From: Mobula hypostoma
Taxonomy: Eukaryota
NCBI RefSeq assembly: GCF_963921235.1
Contig: NC_086123.1
Coordinates: 3,968,001 to 4,032,000, forward strand
Length of the DNA: 64,000 nucleotides
Direction of reading: 5' to 3'
The notes beneath the pieces are model-generated. The model saw only the letters and a list, made by a program, of their open reading frames with translations. It was not told the origin of the DNA and ran no database searches. Shown piece by piece: positions 61,119 through 64,000 of this stretch. The number at the start of each line of letters is the position of its first letter. Within the stretch, counting starts at the first letter, position 1. A program made the position numbers and the translations under genes.

Positions 61119-62361
61119 TGATGAAATGAAACAGATAAAAAACAAAGGAAGGATTCAATCACCAGTTTTTTGAATTGTTTGTGGATGAATTTGTACCCAT
61201 TCTTGGAACTAACCATAAACACACCAATGTCTGAAATGAAAGCAGAAAACCCTTCTTTAGTTATAGTTCAAAACATTGCAAAGTCTAGAAATTGCACTGA
61301 AAATGCTGGAATTCCTCAGGTCAGGCAGCATTTGTGGAGGGAGTGGAAGTTAGCATCTCAGGTGGTTTGATCAGAAATCAAGTAGACCCCAAACAGTACT
61401 GCAGAGGAGGTGAGGAGATGAGGAGATGAGGCAGGAAAGGGAAAATCTGAGGGAGGTTGGAGATCAGGCGAGAGTAAATGCACAAGCTTTACAGTACTGG
61501 CTGAGACGGGCTCTTGGAGTTGGAGCAGCCGCTGACATTCCTGTAGATAAAGATCGAAAACATCGAAACATACAGTAAAACTCATCATTTCTGTCAAATC
61601 AAATCAGCAAGGATTGTGCCAGGCAGCCCACAAGTGTGTCCGTGCTTTCAGAATGGTAGAAGTCAGTGAACACATGTTCAAATGGCATTGCCATCGGCAA
61701 GACCACTACTTAGATGCACTGCTCTGTGCACCACACTTCCATCTGCCAACAGCTTCTGTCAATCAGGATGTATCTGAATTTTCCATGCATTATTTCTCCT
61801 TCAAGCAGCACTGCCAATGACATAGCCACTGCATTGCGGCAGACAGGAAGACTCCACAATGGGTAGTCAAAATGCCCAACACACCACTGGCACTGGCCTA
61901 CCCACCATCAACGACACGGATACAGAAAGGTGCCAGGAAAAGACCAGTCACTTCACAAGGGATCTCACCCACTCCTATCAGGGAGGAGGCTATGTAGCAT
62001 CCGTTCCAGGACCACCAGACTCAAAAGCAGTTACTCTCCCCAAGCAGTAAAGCTGAACACAACCTCTGTCCACTAACCTACCCCTCCACACCCCCCACCA
62101 CAAGTATTTCATTCTCTTTTACACCTGTGCATTGGAAATGACATTAGACAATCTTGAATCCACATACAGCAGCTTGCTTAGCTACTAACTATTCTACCAT
62201 GACCTGTGCACGACACACAAAACAATCACTAGGTTCCCTCTTTCTTGCAGAGGGTCACACACAACCATTCATGGTCATTAAATTCATTAACATAGTACAT
62301 TACATCTTCCGCAAATACTATCAATCTCTCATTGTAATTACAAATTGTTATTTCACATTGT

Positions 62362-62662
62362 GTGAGCACGTGGCCAAGTGGTTAAGGCATTCGACTAGCA
62401 ATCTGAAGGTCGTAAGTTCGAGCCCCAGCCAAGGCAGCATGTTGTGCCTTTGAGCAAGGCACTTAAACACACATTGCTCTGCGATGACACTGGTGCCAAG
62501 CTGTATGGGTACTAATGCCCTTCCCTTGGACAACATCAGTGTCGTGGAGAGGGGAGACTTGCAGCATGGGCAACTGCCTGTCTTCCATACAACCTTGCCC
62601 AGGCCTGCGCCCTGGAGAGTGAAGACTTTCCAGGCGCAGATCCATGGTCTCGCAAGACTAAC
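62362..62662 (+). mobile_element. tRNA-derived SINE
   Basis: A box TGGCCAAGTGG at 62371, B box GTTCGAGCC at 62416, then TTGAGCAAGGCACTTAA body. Confidence 0.8.
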
Positions 62663-63844
62663 CTTTATTTATTTTACATTAGGGTTACATCATTTCAGTT
62701 ATTTAGCTGTGTACAAATATTTCTCAGCAAGTCAGTCTGGGCTGAGTATACTTTTCTGAGTGGCTGCCCTTTCCAATAAGGTGCCATTGCTCACAGCTCC
62801 AGCTCCTCAACCCAACCACCCTCTGCTGTAAGCACTTAATCAGTTCCTGACTGGCTGTGAAGTGCTAACTGACTGACTGCCTTCCTATGGTTCTTTGTTG
62901 TATCTTGACGACTGCTTCTCGGCTCTTAGATCCTGTGAACAGCTTTCTCTTCTGCCAGTCCTTGGAACCAGGTTGATTAGTTCAATGTAACCTTATGGGT
63001 CATAAATTTCCATCAGTGATCAGGAGTCACAGTTTTCTGATTCAACAGAGAAAAAAAACAATTTAAGTTTCTTTATTAATTTTACAAATTTAACTTGGAA
63101 AGTTTAATTTCTCCATTTAGATATTTGTACAGATGTAAGTCCACACCTTGTTGCTTTTTTCTTTCAGTTGGCCAAAACTATCTCCTGACTAAATGACTGT
63201 TCAACACCAAGAGAATATAAAGAATATAGAGCATAGAACAATTGAACACTACAAAACTGTACAGGCCTCTTGGCTCAAAATGTTGTGCCAAACTTTTAAC
63301 CAACTCTAATATCAATTTAACTCTTCCCTCCTAAATAGCCTTCCATTTTTATATCATCCATGTGCCTCTCTTAAGGGTTTTTAAAATGCCTCTAATGTAC
63401 CTTCCTCTACCACCAGCCTTGATATCGTGTCCATGCACTCACCATTCTCTATGTAAAAAAACTTCTCTCTGACGTTCCCCCATACTTTCCTCCAGTCATC
63501 TTAAATTTATGCCTTCTTGTATTAACTATTTTCACTGTGAGAGAAAGTCTCTGGCTATTCACTCAGCCTATGCCTCTTACCTTATACGCCCGATCAAGTC
63601 ACCTCTCATCCTCCTTCACTCCAAAGAGAAAAACCCCAGCTTGCTCAACCTTTCCTCATAAATATTCTCCTGGTAAATCTCTGCACCCTCTCGAGAGCTT
63701 CTGCATCCTTTCTCTAATGGGGCGACCAGAACTGAACACATTATTCCAAATAAAAGATCAGTCTTGGCACAGCGGGCCAAATGGCCTCCCCCTCTACTGT
63801 GCCATCTGGCAATTTGTCACTCAGTGTCACACTCTTAATATTGT

Positions 63845-64000
63845 CAATAGACAATAGACAATAGGTGCAGGAGTAGGCCATTCGGCCCTTCGAGCCAGCA
63901 CCGCCATTCACTGTGATCATGGCTGATCATCCACAATCAGTATCCAGTTCCTGCCTTCTCCCCATATCCCTTCACTCCGCTATCTTTAAGAGCTCTATCT
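63845..64000 (-). mobile_element. CR1 3' end running off the window
   Basis: (CAATAGA)n tail plus GGTGCAGGAGTAGGCCATTCGGCCC as at 7960 and 44780. Confidence 0.85.

Noticed and set aside
60159-61121. 320-aa repetitive ORF and its 202-aa antisense ORF
   Set aside because: A by-product of a stop-free 27-bp unit (multiple of 3) in intronic DNA; no gene context.
62362-62435. tRNA gene
   Set aside because: A and B boxes are present but the acceptor stem pairs poorly and a SINE body follows.

Overview
Repeat-rich vertebrate genomic DNA. The repeat families suggest a cartilaginous fish, probably a ray (inference). The left half is a tandem segmental duplication (offset about 24.3 kb, 149-N gap between copies) carrying two 4-exon group I secreted phospholipase A2 (PLA2G1B-like) genes. 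Copy B (27153-32786) is intact at 144 aa. Copy A (to 15631) lost its promoter and ATG in a 1352-bp deletion that fused exon 1 in frame to a transposon-derived ATG. The copies differ far more in exons (exon 2 about 13%, mostly non-synonymous) than in introns (0-2.5%), as in snake-venom PLA2 families, and the proteins are basic with elapid-like N-termini. An inverted remnant of a probable third PLA2 upstream region lies between them. The right half holds ten exons of an SLC2A11 (GLUT11)-like gene, one of which has a GT>AT donor. The remainder is L1/Tx1, CR1, Rex1/Babar, Penelope-like elements carrying minimal hammerhead ribozymes, SINEs, a solo LTR, ERV and Gypsy relics and a 27-bp minisatellite. 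All difference counts were made by hand and are approximate.
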